From contig WELB01000005.1 of NCBI GenBank assembly GCA_009602725.1, positions 767,109 to 827,329 of the forward strand: a DNA stretch of 60,221 nt. Reading direction: 5' to 3'. The notes under the pieces were generated by a model. The model was given only the letters and a program-made list of their open reading frames with translations, did not search any database and had not been told where the DNA came from. Below, in pieces: positions 38,101 through 57,477 of the stretch. The first letter of the stretch is position 1, and every line of letters begins with the position of its first letter. Source of the stretch: Spirogloea muscicola. Taxonomy: Eukaryota. A program made the translations under genes and the position numbers.

Positions 38101-41100
38101 ACAACCATGAGTTGCCTCAGTCGTAGAATGCTGAATCCGTGCTGTATCTGCAACTATTGCAGATGGTGGACGCAGCGATTTCGTCTTTAAACAAGGACGT
38201 GATTGTCCAGGCAATGTCGCGTGCTGCAGGCAAGGTACACATGGTCCATAATATCTAGAAGCAGGACTTTATCTTCCTGGCATGGCAGACTTGTGTAGCA
38301 CCCACCTCGGTCTCTGAGAATTTGTTTCATCTGCAGGCGCGAAGAGTAGTGGGAGGCACTCATGTGGTGCCCAGGCAGGGGAAGGGCATGAGGGCCACTG
38401 TGGTGCTGGCGAAAGAAGATGCTACGGCAGCGCGAGACCGTTCTGGTAGGATTGTACTTCCACGCCATGACATACTGAAACTACGCCAGGATTTGGCGGT
38501 TGCGACTGCCTTACTTCGAGACAACGCCGACTCTTATAAGCACAAGGTCAAACATCATCCCATGCAATTTCATGCATGACATAGACTAATGGCTGACATC
38601 TTGGCAAAAGTATGGTACGATGCAGTATGTATGCTGAGGATAGCAGAACAGCTGAGGATAGCAAAACAGCACCTGCTGCCACTGATTCAGACTGTGTTAT
38701 TCTGCCAAATAGGTTCTCCAACATGCTCACATACTCATGCTGGAGGAGGCCATAAGTACTGAATGGCTAACCATGTGGTCAAATTTTGGAGGCCACTTCC
38801 TCCTCCTCCTTATCTTCGCTGCCAGGGCAGAGAAACTTCAGGTAGGAAGTACGGCTCGCACAATATGTCAATTTCTGCATATCGTTGCTTCAATAAGTGT
38901 GCTTTACGCAGACAAGGACCTGAGCCTGTACATAATCTGGTTAATATGTCCTGACAGGATGAGGCGAAGTTGCGTAAGTTTCTACACAATATTGGGTTTA
39001 CCGACCTGGATGCGTCTAAGATTCGCAACTGGACACCTGAAGAGCAAGAGAATTTTGAGGATGTCCGCCGAAGGTGTGTGCCATGGCAATACAGGCAATC
39101 CATGTAGTCCTGAGTAGATCCTGATGTACTTGTTATTGAGGATAGTACTATAGAAGTAAGTCGGTAATGAGCTTGTTCTCTGATTATCATATCCTGGAAC
39201 TAATTCCAAGAAAACCCTTTGTTTTCGTGCACACATTATTAGGTACATGGAGCAGGAAGAAGCTGCAGACGCAGCTATTGCCAGGAAAAGAGAAGAAGAG
39301 GCAAGGGGCCGAGCACGTAGACACGTACTCTTGCAGAAAGAGACTGGAAGACGTATGAAGTCCCTGGCAAAGACTCAGCACGCCATCTTTGAGGCTAATG
39401 TACGCCAGGATGATACAATTGTGAAGAAAAGCGAGGAGACCATTCCACAAGGCGTCACGAGCAAGGAGGCAGATGTTCTCCCTCTGACGTCCCCAAACAA
39501 CACCAAGCCAGCCATGGCTGTCAATACGCAGCGCACTCTCACACGCACTATGAGCTCTTCCTCGCGCCGATGCTCAACAGTGAAGGTCAGTTTGCTGCAG
39601 GTCCTCTGTCAATGCACAAGTTGGGCTGCAGCATTGCCATCTCGTGGGCCCTCAATGGTCGCTTGAGCTTACAGGTAAATTTGGCCTGCTGCAGGGAGAG
39701 GGACCAATTTGCAGCTCTGAGCAAGTCAATTTGGCGGATTTCTTTGAGGTGGACGAGAATCTCTATGGAGCCGTGGCTTTTACCTTCTCAGCAGCTGTTA
39801 ATATTGCTGCTGGCAGATTGCAAGCGGTGTGCTTATTGAGTATAGAAGCTTCCGATGAGCAGCGCTGTCTGGAGGCCTTCATTAGCAGGGCTGGCCAAAT
39901 CTCTCTGAGAATAGTGCGCAAGGGAGGACGAAGAGGCAAGGAGCGTCTCATGCAAGAGATAGTGATTGGAACTAAGTTTCTGGCCGACAATAGATTGCAC
40001 TGGGTGGCCATTTCGCTTGATTCGAATTCCGGCATCGCAGCTGCATACGTGGACGGGCAGCCAGATGGTCGTTGCGAGTGTGCACAGGTGTGCGCTACGT
40101 GTTCTGTCCACAGATGTCAGTCCTGATTCTTTATTCGTCTTGTCCCACGTCTTGAGAAGTCCAAGATCTAAAACAAAGTCCACAACTTAAAACAAACTTC
40201 AAACAGCAGCTGTTGACAGAGGGTTTTGCGTGCTGCAGGTGCTCAATTACGAAAATGCGTCGCTGCTGGAGCGGGACTCAGCTCTGAGACTGGGGTCGTG
40301 GGCACTCATGGACTGGGAAGCTCGCAGCCAGGTACTACCACGCCTCTTGAACCTTCTGTCAGTCGAGTGAGATATATAGTGCCTGCCAAATGCTCAACAG
40401 CTTGGCCTGCACTCATGGTCTTGTAGCTTCTGTGGCAGGCGGAGGATATGGAGATGCAGGCTCAGATCTCAGGGGTGCAATTGTGGGGCAGAGCATTAGT
40501 TGAATCCGAGGTGTTGGCGGCCCACAGTGCCCTACTTTGCCACCTGGGCACGGAGAAAGGAGAAGAGGATGAGGATAGCACTCATCAGCTCTCTGCTTTT
40601 GACTGCAATGTGTCTCCAAATCCGAAGAAGCAGAAGATGGAAGATGCCACAGTTGACATTGATACATTAACTATGAAGCTTGATGCAAGCAAAGAGACAG
40701 AGCAGGACATTGCAGAGAAGATGCGGTTGCTAGAAGCTGCAGTACGTCAGGCCCTGCGCAGCGGTGGCGAGCTTCACTTCACTGATGCTGACTTCCCACC
40801 ATCACCAAGCTCCCTTCATCTGAACCCCAGCCACCCTCTGCCAAAGCTCAGGGTATCCCTTCCCTTCCTTCCCTTCCTTGTTGCGTTATTTGCTCTTGCG
40901 GTACCCTCGTATTGATGTGCGTGCTGAGAGATCTCCTTGACTTGAGCAGGGGGTCAGCCAATGGATGCGGCCTTCGCAATTCCTACTGCAGTCCGGGTCA
41001 AGTGCACAGCCCAGCCTCTTCTCTAGCACCCTGAACGCATCTGACGTCTGCCAGGTCAGTAAGGACCATTCATTCGTATCTCTTTGATAAAAGCGAGAAC

Positions 41101-42683
41101 AATAATAATTGCATGAGAGTGGAAGATGACCTGGAGGGCATTGACAGATGAGGACTGCTCGATTTGTCCACAGGGACGACTTGGCGATTGTTGGTTCCTG
41201 AGCGCCGTGGCTGTGCTGACGGAGGCTTCACGCATCTCAAATGTCATCATAACACCTGAATACAACGAGGAGGGGATCTACACAGTCCGCTTCTGTATAC
41301 AGGTATTGTTGCAATGTTTTCTATGACCGAGGGAAGGCTTGGGATTGCTGAAAAAGATCAGATTTCCTAGAAGACAGCTTGCCAGCCGTGGTTTGATTCT
41401 ATTTCAGTGCATATTGCATTGTGAACAGGGTGAATGGGTGCCAGTCGTGGTGGACGACTGGATCCCTTGCTGCGGGCAGGGAAGGCCTGCTTTTGCGACC
41501 AGTCGAGCAGGAGGGGGCGTGTTGTGGGTGATGCTGTTGGAGAAGGCATATGCCAAGCTCCATGGCTCATATGAGGCGCTCGAAGGAGGCGTGGTGCAGG
41601 ATGCGCTCGTGGATCTAACTGGGGGTGCTGGCGAGGAGATTGATCTCACAGGGGCAGACTCCCTCCTGGACCTCGCTTCAGGCCGGCTTTGGGAGCAGCT
41701 GCTGCGCTTCAAGGGCCATGGCTTCCTGCTGGGTGCAGGTTCGCCGTCTGGTAGCGATGCGGAGGTATCGGCAAAAGGCATTGTGCAGGGCCATGCGTAC
41801 TCCCTCCTCAGTGTTGTGGAAGTCGATGGCCACCGATTGCTGCAAATACGCAATCCTTGGGGCGACGAGGTGGAGTGGAACGGAGCGTGGTGCGACAGCT
41901 CTCCACTGTGGACAGAGCGTCTGAAGCACAAACTGGGGTACAAGCCGCAGGTGATCATGGAGCATGAGCGGCCCATCCAAAAGTGCAGCTGCGCCTGCTA
42001 AGGGCCTCTCTGCGCATTCTAACACAGGCCCTCTTCTTACTTTGTGTCAGGCTGCAGATGGCATCTTCTGGATGGCGTGGGACGACTTTCAGCTCCACTT
42101 CCGGTCGCTCTATGTCTGCCGGCTGTACCCGCCCAACATGCGTACAGTCCAGCGGTCACGATGGAGCGGGACATCGGCAGGGGGCTGCTCCAACTTTGAC
42201 AATTGGCACCACAATCCCCAGTTCCTCCTCAAGGCCATCCCAGGCCCCAACTCGCGGTTGCCGCTGCACGTTTTCATCACCCTCACCCAGGTACTTACTG
42301 GTGTGACCGGTGGCCTCCTTTCCTGCACCTTGACTACATCCTTTATATTATTGTGAACTTGCGCTGACGCTGCAAGCATCAACCTGCAGGGCTCCAACAA
42401 TGGTGCAGAGCGGGGTCTCAAATCTGGAGACTCTTCACACTTCTATATTGGCATTCGCGTGGTCCGCCGCAATGGCAGAAAATGCGGGCCTGTTTTGTAT
42501 GCTCACGAAGCTATTGGGGGTTCTGACTATGTAAATACCCGGGAGGTTGCCTGTGAGTTGATATTGGAACCTGATATCAAAGGCTACACGATTGTGCCAA
42601 CCACGTATGCTCCTGGAGAGGAGGCAATGTTCCTTCTTTCCGTCTTCACCTCCACACCTGTCACACTGGAGCCTCTGTACTAG
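32148..42683 (+). CDS. DEK1: DEFECTIVE KERNEL 1 membrane-anchored calpain (multi-TM MEM, loop, LamG-like linker, CysPc, C2L); multi-exon
   Basis: N-terminus 'LLAIDWRLWRIYSWIYAREWPQFLRGPQL'; 'LDVDEYVRQAY'; many hydrophobic exons; 'HFTDADFPP'; triad motifs QGRLGDCWFL (~41189), IVQGHAYS and IRNPWG; 'AGGCSNFDNWHHNPQF'; C-terminus 'YTIVPTTYAPGEEAMFLLSVFT...LEPLY*'. Some internal exon borders are approximate. Confidence 0.95.
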
Positions 42684-44479
42684 GAGCATGCAGTATTTGA
42701 GCTGTTGCATGTATGCCTTCCGTTAGGAGGAAGGCTCAGGCAGAGGGCCCCTTCTGAAAATGCAAGCTCAGCAGTAGAGACGTGAGCGCGCCATGTCACT
42801 TGCGCTCGCCTCTCTCCATCCTGCCTGGCCTTTTCAGATTGAGCCCTGCATAGCCTCTCTGTAGCCTCGCAGACTCAGCAGCTGCCAGCAGGTCTTCTTA
42901 CTAGAAGGAGCACTCCTGTTGCAGGGATACTTACGTAGTCTCCCTAACAGCTTTAGCGCCCACATTCCCACTTGCTGGAATGGTCCCCTAATTGGGACCA
43001 CCTGCGATGGCAAGGTCACTAGTCATGCAGTCGTCCACATTGTCAAATAAACAGGACCTGTGAGTGCACTTGACCAGAAATGGTTGTGCACATTTGACTT
43101 CTTGGGCAGACAAGAAGTACTTGGAATTAGATGGGTGTACTTCTGTACCTAGATAGTGTTGGTCGGAAGTCCAGTCGGGGCTGTTTCCTCATCTACGGGC
43201 GACGTTGTGTAGTTGAAGGTTGGCTGATGGAGCGAGCAATGCAATCTCATGGTCTACCTTTGATTCAATTCTGTACCCGCACCCTTCGACTGCTGATGCT
43301 GTTGCTGCTGCCGCTCATGCGGCGTCCATGATGCCCCTCATGTTGCCCCATGCTCAACCTCCCCTCTGACGAGTAAGACCAAGGCACAGGCAAGGGACAC
43401 CCCAAGGATCTGCAGTGCCTGTCGAGCAGGTCAAGCCACAGCTTGGGTGTTCAATGACGCTCCAAGCGAAGTGCTACAAAAATCAGGTAGAAAATACGTC
43501 TTGTTGGACTATCCAATGGGCACATCAAGTCTCTCGGATGAGGGCAGATGAAAGGGTGTTCTACGTGTGGATATTGATAGCCTCAACTATTCTTTATGCC
43601 TTGCAAGAGTCAATCTGCTCAAGATGCTGTGTGGAGGCTAAATTTGTGAAATGCCTTCTTACTGCACCTCTGGTCAGGAGAAGCGAGGCGACACTAAGCC
43701 CCACAAAATCTTTGAAAAAAGAAGGCATTTCTGAACAGGTCATTGTTACGCCAGCCCAGAAGGAGTATGACTTTGACGCCTCTTGTACGAGGTCAGATCT
43801 AGGACATTTGCCTCTGCTTGCAGGGAGGATGAAGGCTCAGTGCTGCAGATATAAATTTCTGATCCGCTTTCGGAATGGAGATGTGGAGTTAATTGACAGA
43901 ACTTTCTCCATTCTCCTTTCTATCACAATAGTCTCAACACGAAGGCGAAACGGCAAAGCATGACATCATATTTCTGAAGAACCTAATGCAGCCAGGGAAT
44001 CTGTTACTATGTAATATGGTTTGCCTTTCTGATACGGCAGGAAAGGCCTGACAGATGGCTGGAGACTAGGCACCCCACCAGGCTGATCAACATTGGACTG
44101 TTTATACAGCAGGACGGACTCGATGTTTGCCTGGAGACTAGGCAACTCACCAGACTAATGTAGAGAAAAATTTGTCTGCTACCTCAAGCGGATAAATGTG
44201 CAGCCCGACATTGTGGGCCAAGACTGCGTGGTGCTGTCGCTGGAACACGCAAACAGGACGCGACTGCTATGAACACTGTTGAAAAGGGCTCCAGTTTAAA
44301 GCTCTTTCACAGCTTAATGAGAGCTCTGGTTCAGGAATATCACCATCACCTATTGGGGCTTTGGCGATGGAGAAGCGGCTCCCCTTGAGTGAGTGCCGCT
44401 CTGTACTCACTTCTGCCCATAGTGGTGATGGTCGCAGACTCCAAGGAAGCAGGCCGGCAGCAAATCAAGGAGGGTGGTG

Positions 44480-46215
44480 TCGGTGCCTGCAAGCAAAGAG
44501 CAGCTGTAGGCGTAAGGGCTGCGTAGCCCGCCTCCTGCGATGAGCGTTGGGCGCTGTTGAAACGACGCAGTCGGTGGTGACGACGTCTGCAATGAGCCGG
44601 GGCCCCCGGCCCAGCGCGCTGGCGACGAGATCGGCGCGCTGAGCATGGAGGCGGCCATCCTCCCCAGCTGTCCGAGGCATGACACTGGAGTTTTCCAGTG
44701 CCACTGTGTGACCTGCCTCCATGAAGATGCCGTACATTGCATTGCGTAGCAAGTCGTGAGTGCCGGTCACCTGCGGCTGCTTAGCAGGGGTTAACTGACG
44801 TCCCCGTTGCGTCGTCTTGTGTCTAGCTGTGTCATTTTTCTTGAAGGCATCTTCTTGGCTCTTGGACAAGAAGTGGCTCTCCCAATGGGGGCAAGGGCTG
44901 TGAAAAGCCAGCCCGAAAAAGAATTGACAAAGGTTCGAAGGGGCCAAATGATGGGGGTGCCTAAAAAGCGCTAAGCAGCTACGAAGGGGCCTGAAGATGC
45001 TATGTCAGAATGGGGGAGGATGGACCACTCGGTAGTTACGAGTAAGGAGCCTCAAATCCGACAGACTAGCTGCCGGAAAACCCTATCCCCCTGATGAAAG
45101 CCGGAGGCCACAGAGAGAGCAAGAAGAAGCAAGCGCGGCCAGATGAAGTGGTGGCTGGGAGAGGCCAGCCCAAAGGAATGGACAAGGTCTGAAGGAGCCG
45201 GAGTGTTCAGGACTGAGACAGCAGCAAGCGGACTCTCAGTAACCTCTAGTCGGTAGATGCAAGTCTGAATAGCTAGCAGGCGGAAAGACGTCGCCCTGAC
45301 GGAAACCGGAGGCCGAGAGCACGGCCAGCACGCAGATGCAAGGCGTGGGCTCTTTGGGTTCGGGCTGGCCTCTGCCTGCCAGCCCCTCTTCTCTATGGGC
45401 GCGCAATTTCTTCTTGCCTTTGCCGTCCACGTACGTGCAGGTCGCGCCTTGGCTGCTGCCTCCAGGTTCCGTCAGGGCGACGCCTTTCCGCCCTCTAGCT
45501 ATTCCGACCTCCATTGAAGAAGTGGCTCTGGCCAAAGCCAGAGGCAGCAGCGAGGGCTCTGCCGGCACGCAGGTGCAGCACGCGGGCCATAGACCTCTGC
45601 AGCGAGACGGCCAAGCGCATCCGGTACACCTGCGCCAGCGACCCGGCTGCAGGGAAGTCCACTGGCTCCCCATGAAAGCGGCGGACGATGGCGTGGCGGG
45701 CGAGCTGGTTGAGCAGCTCGAGCCACCGAGCGCCCAACGCCCCATGCGTGTCGATGACAATAACGGAGGGGGCCTGAAAAAGCTATGTCAGAACGGGTGA
45801 AGGATGGATCACTCAGTAGCTACGAGTGAGGAGCCCGACCTCCACTTACTGACCAGATTTGACTGAGAGCCTACTTGCTGACGTCTTAGCATTTTGTATC
45901 TTGCTTCTTGTGCCATCCGGCCCTAAGGTGCCATCCGTCCCTAAGGTCCACCCTTGGCAGGGCGGACCTGGCGAGGGTTATCCCAGGCCGTGCTATGGCT
46001 GCCGCCTCTGGGTCTCGGCGGAGTGCCTCTTTCCCTGCAGCGACTCCAACCTGATGTTGCCCACTCGCGGGTACTGAGTTTCCCTCTGCATCGTCTTATG
46101 TTTTGTAGTGTTTTGTGGTGTAGTCCTTTGTCGGCACCTCTTTTTTTGGCTTTGGACATTGTCCATTCTTTTTGGGCTGGGTTTGCCCTTCGTCTCTATG
46201 GGTGAGCACTTTTTC
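44480..46215. mobile_element. Cluster of CRE-like non-LTR fragments, both strands
   Basis: 'HDLLRNAM...RADLV...RLIADVVTTD' (44500-44765, minus); 'SYSDLHLPTRGY*' (45236); 'ARWLELLNQLARHA' (45530-45755); plus-strand 3' end at 45965-46215. Confidence 0.85.
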
Positions 46216-46757
46216 TATCCCAGGGCGGACAGAGCCTGCGCCTGGGCGAGCCGTTTGCCCATCAAGCGGCTAGCGGCCTTGTTGCTTGGCAGTCCCATGA
46301 ACTTGCCAACAGCCACATACACGAGCATGAAGCGTTACCAGCACCGTTTGGCGTAACCAAGAGGTCGGAATGCCACACGTATTGTGCCTTAGTCTGCCAT
46401 TCATCATGTGTGAGAACCGTCAAGCATGCGTCAGAGCCCTGATGAGGAGAAAGAGATCCTCCCAGGGTATTTACGTTAATGTATTGATGACTGAAAGCTG
46501 TGGCATTGCCTCAAGGAGTACAAAGAATTTCTCATGAACAATTGAGGGTAATCCTCGTGCTGCACAGTAGCTTGCCAAACTTTGCATTCTGCACTGCCCA
46601 ACAACGACCAGCAACGAAGACAGTCTAGTTTAGCGATTCATTGTGTACCTCAATACATACATAGAAGAGATACTTGAAAGAGAAACACACCCCATATGTG
46701 GTTTGAACTCTGGCGGCACGTCACGGCTAGCTTGCCACCCAGCAGTCATCTGGCTGG

Positions 46758-47506
46758 TCATGTCAAGTGCGTGACAAGCTCCGCAAGGCCTGGATATTCT
46801 GCCAGGAGCTGGGCGCGGTCGGCAAGTTCAAAATCGTCAAATGCAAAGGCGGGCGCAACAGTGCATCCGACAAGGGAGAAGTGCGCCTCGGGATCTCGCG
46901 CGGAGGTCGTGCCCACTGGCTCCAGCGTCGGGTGTGAGCCGAACCACACCCCCGGCGGCACCACGTGCTGAAGCTGCTGTCCAGCCGCTAAGTCCTTGCC
47001 TAGCACCGTTTGCTTCACATTGCCATCCTCACCAAGCTCCACAACCTGCGTATTGCCGCGCCGCTCCAGCGACACCAGGAGAGCCTGGTGAGACGGGGAG
47101 GCAGCGCAGGGCTGGCAGAGCGGTGGCCCCAAAGAAGCAGGGCAGCACGCATGGACAGACTTGCTTGCCCAGCACAGCTCCACCTGGGTCCGAGGCGCTG
47201 AGCACCGGCCTGGGAGGTTGCGAGTGTGCCAAGGCTATGTCGACGTACCGTGAGGGGCTCGCCTAGGTAAAAGTGCCAGACCTCGGCAGCAGGCATACGG
47301 TGCAGGCGCGACACGCTGCCGGCAGGGAGAAGGAAGTAGATGGCGGTGCTGACGGCGCGGCCGACCAGGTCTGGACCCGCCGGAGGGCCGCGGTGAGCGG
47401 AGCAGGGCAGGGGCGGCGGGGCGCGAGCCCAGCTGGGCGGGGGGGGAGAGGGGCGCGCACAGGAGGGGGGGAGCACGGAGGGCGGGAGGTGGACGGAGGT
47501 GTCGCG
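46758..47506 (-). CDS. Cupin-fold protein, DUF985/Cupin_5 type; exons ~47506-47460, ~47376-47249, 47045-46758; N-terminus lost at the N at 47507
   Basis: 'STAIYFLL...SRLHR...EVWHFYLGEPL', 'QHVVPPGVWFG', 'FSLVGCTVAPAFAFDDFELA'. Confidence 0.9.
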
Positions 47507-47559
47507 NCCGGGCCAGCGGCGGCGGGCGGGCCGGTGGCGCGCGCCCCGCTGCCGGCAGT

Positions 47560-54024
<6,465 letters not shown>

Positions 54025-55248
54025 AGGCAGAGAAGAGCGCGCCCATAGAAAAGAGGGGCTGGCAAAGCCAGCCCAAAACCAGAATGGACAATGTCCAAAG
54101 CCAAAGCAAGAGGAGCGGGAGAAAGGACTACACTACAACATACTGCAGAACACAGAAACGATGCAGAGGAAAGCTCAGTACCCACGAGTGAGCAACATCA
54201 GGTCTGAGTAGCTCGCTGCAGGGAAAGAGGCGCTCCGCCGAGACCCAGAGGCGGCGGCCATAGCACGGCCTGCGCGCGTATGGACGGCGTGGGCAAGGGA
54301 GCGTTGAAGCGATACGGCCAGGCGCATGCGGAAGACTTGTGCGAGCGACCCGGCGGCGTTGAAGCCGGGCATCGCCCCTGGCAGACCCGGCCGGCGGTCA
54401 ATGGCCTGGCGAGCAAGCCGCTGAATGAGATCCAGCCAGCGGCTGCCGAAAGCCCCGTGTACATCCATCGCCAGGGCCGCGAATTCATCCTCCACCGGGT
54501 GATCAGCGTATTTTCGCTCCTTGCCGCGGGCCGCCTGGCCGACCGCGTGCCCTGCAAACGACGCCGATCTGGTGGGGTTGGCGGAGTCGATGCAGTCTGT
54601 TGTCACCACATCAGCGATGATGCGGGGACCGCCGCCGGGAGGGATGGCGACCAGGTCAGCGCGTCGCGTATGGGGCTGGCCGTCCGCCCAGCTGAATGGG
54701 CATGATTGAGGAGTTCTCTACCGCAACCTTGAAGCCCGCCTCCGAAAACACCCCCTGCATACCGTCGCGCAGGAGGTCATGGGAAGCGGTCCGCTCCCCC
54801 CCGTGGGCGCAACAGAGCATGTGGGCGGCCAGCTCCGCAGGATCATCGTGTCGGGCACCGCACTCGCACTGAGGGACGCCCACGAGGCAGGGGGGGAGGA
54901 GGCCCAAGAGCCGGTGGACCGCCGTCCGGAATACCTCGTCAGGCAGTGTGAGCGCCGCGTGGAGTGGAAGCGCCGATAGCCACGCCGCCGCCCCAGGGGA
55001 GGAGGCTGAGAGCAGCCGGGCGCGCCCTCGCAGGTCAGCCGGGGGGAGAAGCTCCACCACCTGGTCGGAGGCCGCTTGTTCAACCAACGCCGAGAAGCGT
55101 GCCTGGGCACGCTGGTCTGGGGTGTGGGCGAGGTGGATGAAAGGAACAGCCTGTTCCGACATGCGGGGGTGGACTGCCAGGAGCCCGTCGCGGGCAGAGC
55201 GGAGGGCAACCTGAAAAGGCAGCTGACCGATCTCCACCTCAGCTGCCA
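54025..55248 (-). mobile_element. Longest CRE-like non-LTR copy: post-RT linker, CCHC knuckle, restriction-like endonuclease, 3' UTR; runs into gap
   Basis: 'RARLLSASSPGAAAWLSALP...FRTAVHRLLG', 'CECG...AHMLCCAHGGERTASHDLLRD', 'RRADLV...RIIADVVTTD', 'KERKY', 'SYSDLMLLTRGY*'; one frameshift near 54686. Confidence 0.9.
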
Positions 55249-55672
55249 NNNNNNNNNNNNNNNNNNNNNNNNNNNNNNNNNNNNNNNNNNNNNNNNNNNN
55301 NNNNNNNNNNNNNNNNNNNNNNNNNNNNNNNNNNNNNNNNNNNNNNNNNNNNNNNNNNNNNNNNNNNNNNNNNNNNNNNNNNNNNNNNNNNNNNNNNNNN
55401 NNNNNNNNNNNNNNNNNNNNNNNNNNNNNNNNNNNNNNNNNNNNNNNNNNNNNNNNNNNNNNNNNNNNNNNNNNNNNNNNNNNNNNNNNNNNNNNNNNNN
55501 NNNNNNNNNNNNNNNNNNNNNNNNNNNNNNNNNNNNNNNNNNNNNNNNNNNNNNNNNNNNNNNNNNNNNNNNNNNNNNNNNNNNNNNNNNNNNNNNNNNN
55601 NNNNNNNNNNNNNNNNNNNNNNNNNNNNNNNNNNNNNNNNNNNNNNNNNNNNNNNNNNNNNNNNNNNNNNNN
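55249..55672. other. Assembly gap (424 N)
   Basis: Run of N. Confidence 1.
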
Positions 55673-55915
55673 GTTTCGGCCTGTTTGCAGCGTGCTCAGG
55701 CTAATGCTTTGCACCAGAAAGCTGGGCGAGCTCTAGTTGGTAGCAGAAGGGCTTCGTATCTGCCATCTAGTATCCAGGCATCGGTTAGCGACCTTTATGT
55801 TTTGACCCGTGGTTTCTGAGCGGGTCAATCTACTGTAGGTTATGTAGGTCTTAAGATGTGCTTGCCTTTGTACTTGGCCATGTGGCCTTCGTTTGTTTCA
55901 AATACACGAAATTCG
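55673..55915 (+). mobile_element. 3' end of a divergent CRE-like lineage
   Basis: 'CLQRAQANALHQKAGRAL...SVSDLYVLTRGF*'; the downstream sequence recurs at 57411-57477. Confidence 0.7.
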
Positions 55916-56389
55916 CCTGGCGGCGACGGCGGCGGCCCCATTGCCCCCTGCCGCCGCCCGCTGGCGCGCTCGATCCGCCGCGCTCATGGCCGCGCCAGGG
56001 CCCGGGGCTTCCTCGGGCGCCCCGCTCAAGGCTGCGCCAGACCCCGGGGCCCCCCCGGGGCGCCTTGCCGGCTGCCAGCTCCACCAGTCATCCTCCTCAG
56101 GCCTATCTTCCGGCCCCCACCGTTGTGGCGCCTACGCCCGCCGCCCGCGCCGGCGCTGGCGGCGACGGCGGCGGCCCCAGTCCCCCTCAAGCCCTCACCA
56201 CCGCTGTGCCAGGCCCCGCGGCTCCCTTGGGCGCCCCGCTAAAGGCTGCGCCAGGCCCCCCCCCCCCTCCCCCCCCCGGGGCGCGTTGCCGGCTGCCGAG
56301 CTTCCCCAGTCACCCTCGCTCGTGCTGTTCCTTCGGCCACCCCGCCCTTGGCGGCCCCGGCACTGCCGGCCCTCCCTCGCACTCCCGCC

Positions 56390-57390
56390 ATCCCTCCTGC
56401 CACCGCCGCTGGCTCCCACTCCTCTAGCAGCCCCAGAAGCGGACGCAGGACGGGTCGGCAAGGCCCCCGTCGGCACTGCTCCCCTTGGCTCCATGGCATT
56501 CGCGGCGGCAGGTCCTGCCCCTCCGGCCCAGCCCCCAATGCCCCAGCCCTCCCGCCCCTTGTTCCCTCCCCGTCCGTCCCTCCTGCCGCAGCTGCTGCCT
56601 CCCACTCCTCTAGCAGCTCCAGGAGCGGATGCAGGTCGGGTCAACAAGGCCTTCATCGGCTCGGCTCCCTTCGTTCCGTGGCAACCCCAGCCCTCCCTTT
56701 CCCCCCCCGTCATCACTCCTGCCACAGCTGCTGCTTCCCACTCCTCCTGCAGCTCCAGAAGCAGACGACGGTCAGGTTGCCCAGGCCCCCATCGGCACTC
56801 TTGGCCCTCCTTCCCAACCCCGCCATCCTTCCTGCCACTGCCACTGCTGCCACTGCTGCTGCCTCCCACTCCTCTAGCAGCTCGAGAATTGGTCGAAGGA
56901 CGGGTCGACAAAACCCCCATCAACACATCCGGCCCTCCTTCCCCTCCCCCCCCCCCCATCTCTCCTGCCACTGCTGCTGCCCCACTCCTCTAGCAGCTCC
57001 TGAAACGGACGCAGGCCAGGTCGACAAGGCCCTCAGCGGCAATTCCGGCCCTTCTCCCCCTCTCCCCTGCCAACCCTCCTGCCACTGCTGTTGCTCCACG
57101 CCTCCTCTAGCAGCTCCAGCAGGACAGGTCGACAAGGCCCCATTTCCTTCTGCCCCAATTGGAAATTCCGGCCCTCTTTCTCTCCCCTCCATTCCTCCTG
57201 CCACTGCTGCTGCCTCACTCTTCTAGCAGCTCCAGACGCGGACGCAGGAAAGTCCCCCAGGGGCACTGCCGGCCCTTCTCCCCACCCCGGCCATCCCTCC
57301 TCTTACCTTTGCTGCTGCCCTACTCCTGCTCCTCTCCCAGCCACCAGTCAATCTGGCCGCGCTTTCTTTCTAGCAGCTCCAGAAGCTGCT
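56390..57390 (+). repeat. Degenerate C-rich minisatellite, ~8 units of ~100-190 bp
   Basis: Core CCCACTCCTCTAGCAGCTCCAGAAGCGGACGCAGG..GGTCGACAAGGCC recurs at ~56415, 56601, 56737, 56865, 56981, 57100, 57215 and 57368. Confidence 0.85.
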
Positions 57391-57477
57391 AGGTGCTAGC
57401 TGCTACGTCATAAGATGTGCTTGCCTTTGTACTTGGCCGTTTTGGCCTTCGATTGTTTCAAATACACGGAATTTACC

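Noticed and set aside
43415..43963. 182-aa plus-strand ORF
   Set aside because: Non-ATG start, no recognisable motif and no exon context.
46439..46455. Hammerhead ribozyme core CUGAUGA...GAAA (also CUGAUGA at 18336 and ~45091)
   Set aside because: No stem II or flanking helices could be drawn by eye.
55893..56993. Proline-rich 366-aa ORF
   Set aside because: Arises from C-rich tandem repeats whose units shift frame; no splice or domain support.
56390..57390. CRISPR-like repeat-spacer array
   Set aside because: Repeats are degenerate, the inter-repeat segments are homologous and variable in length, the context is eukaryotic and no cas genes are present; it is a minisatellite.
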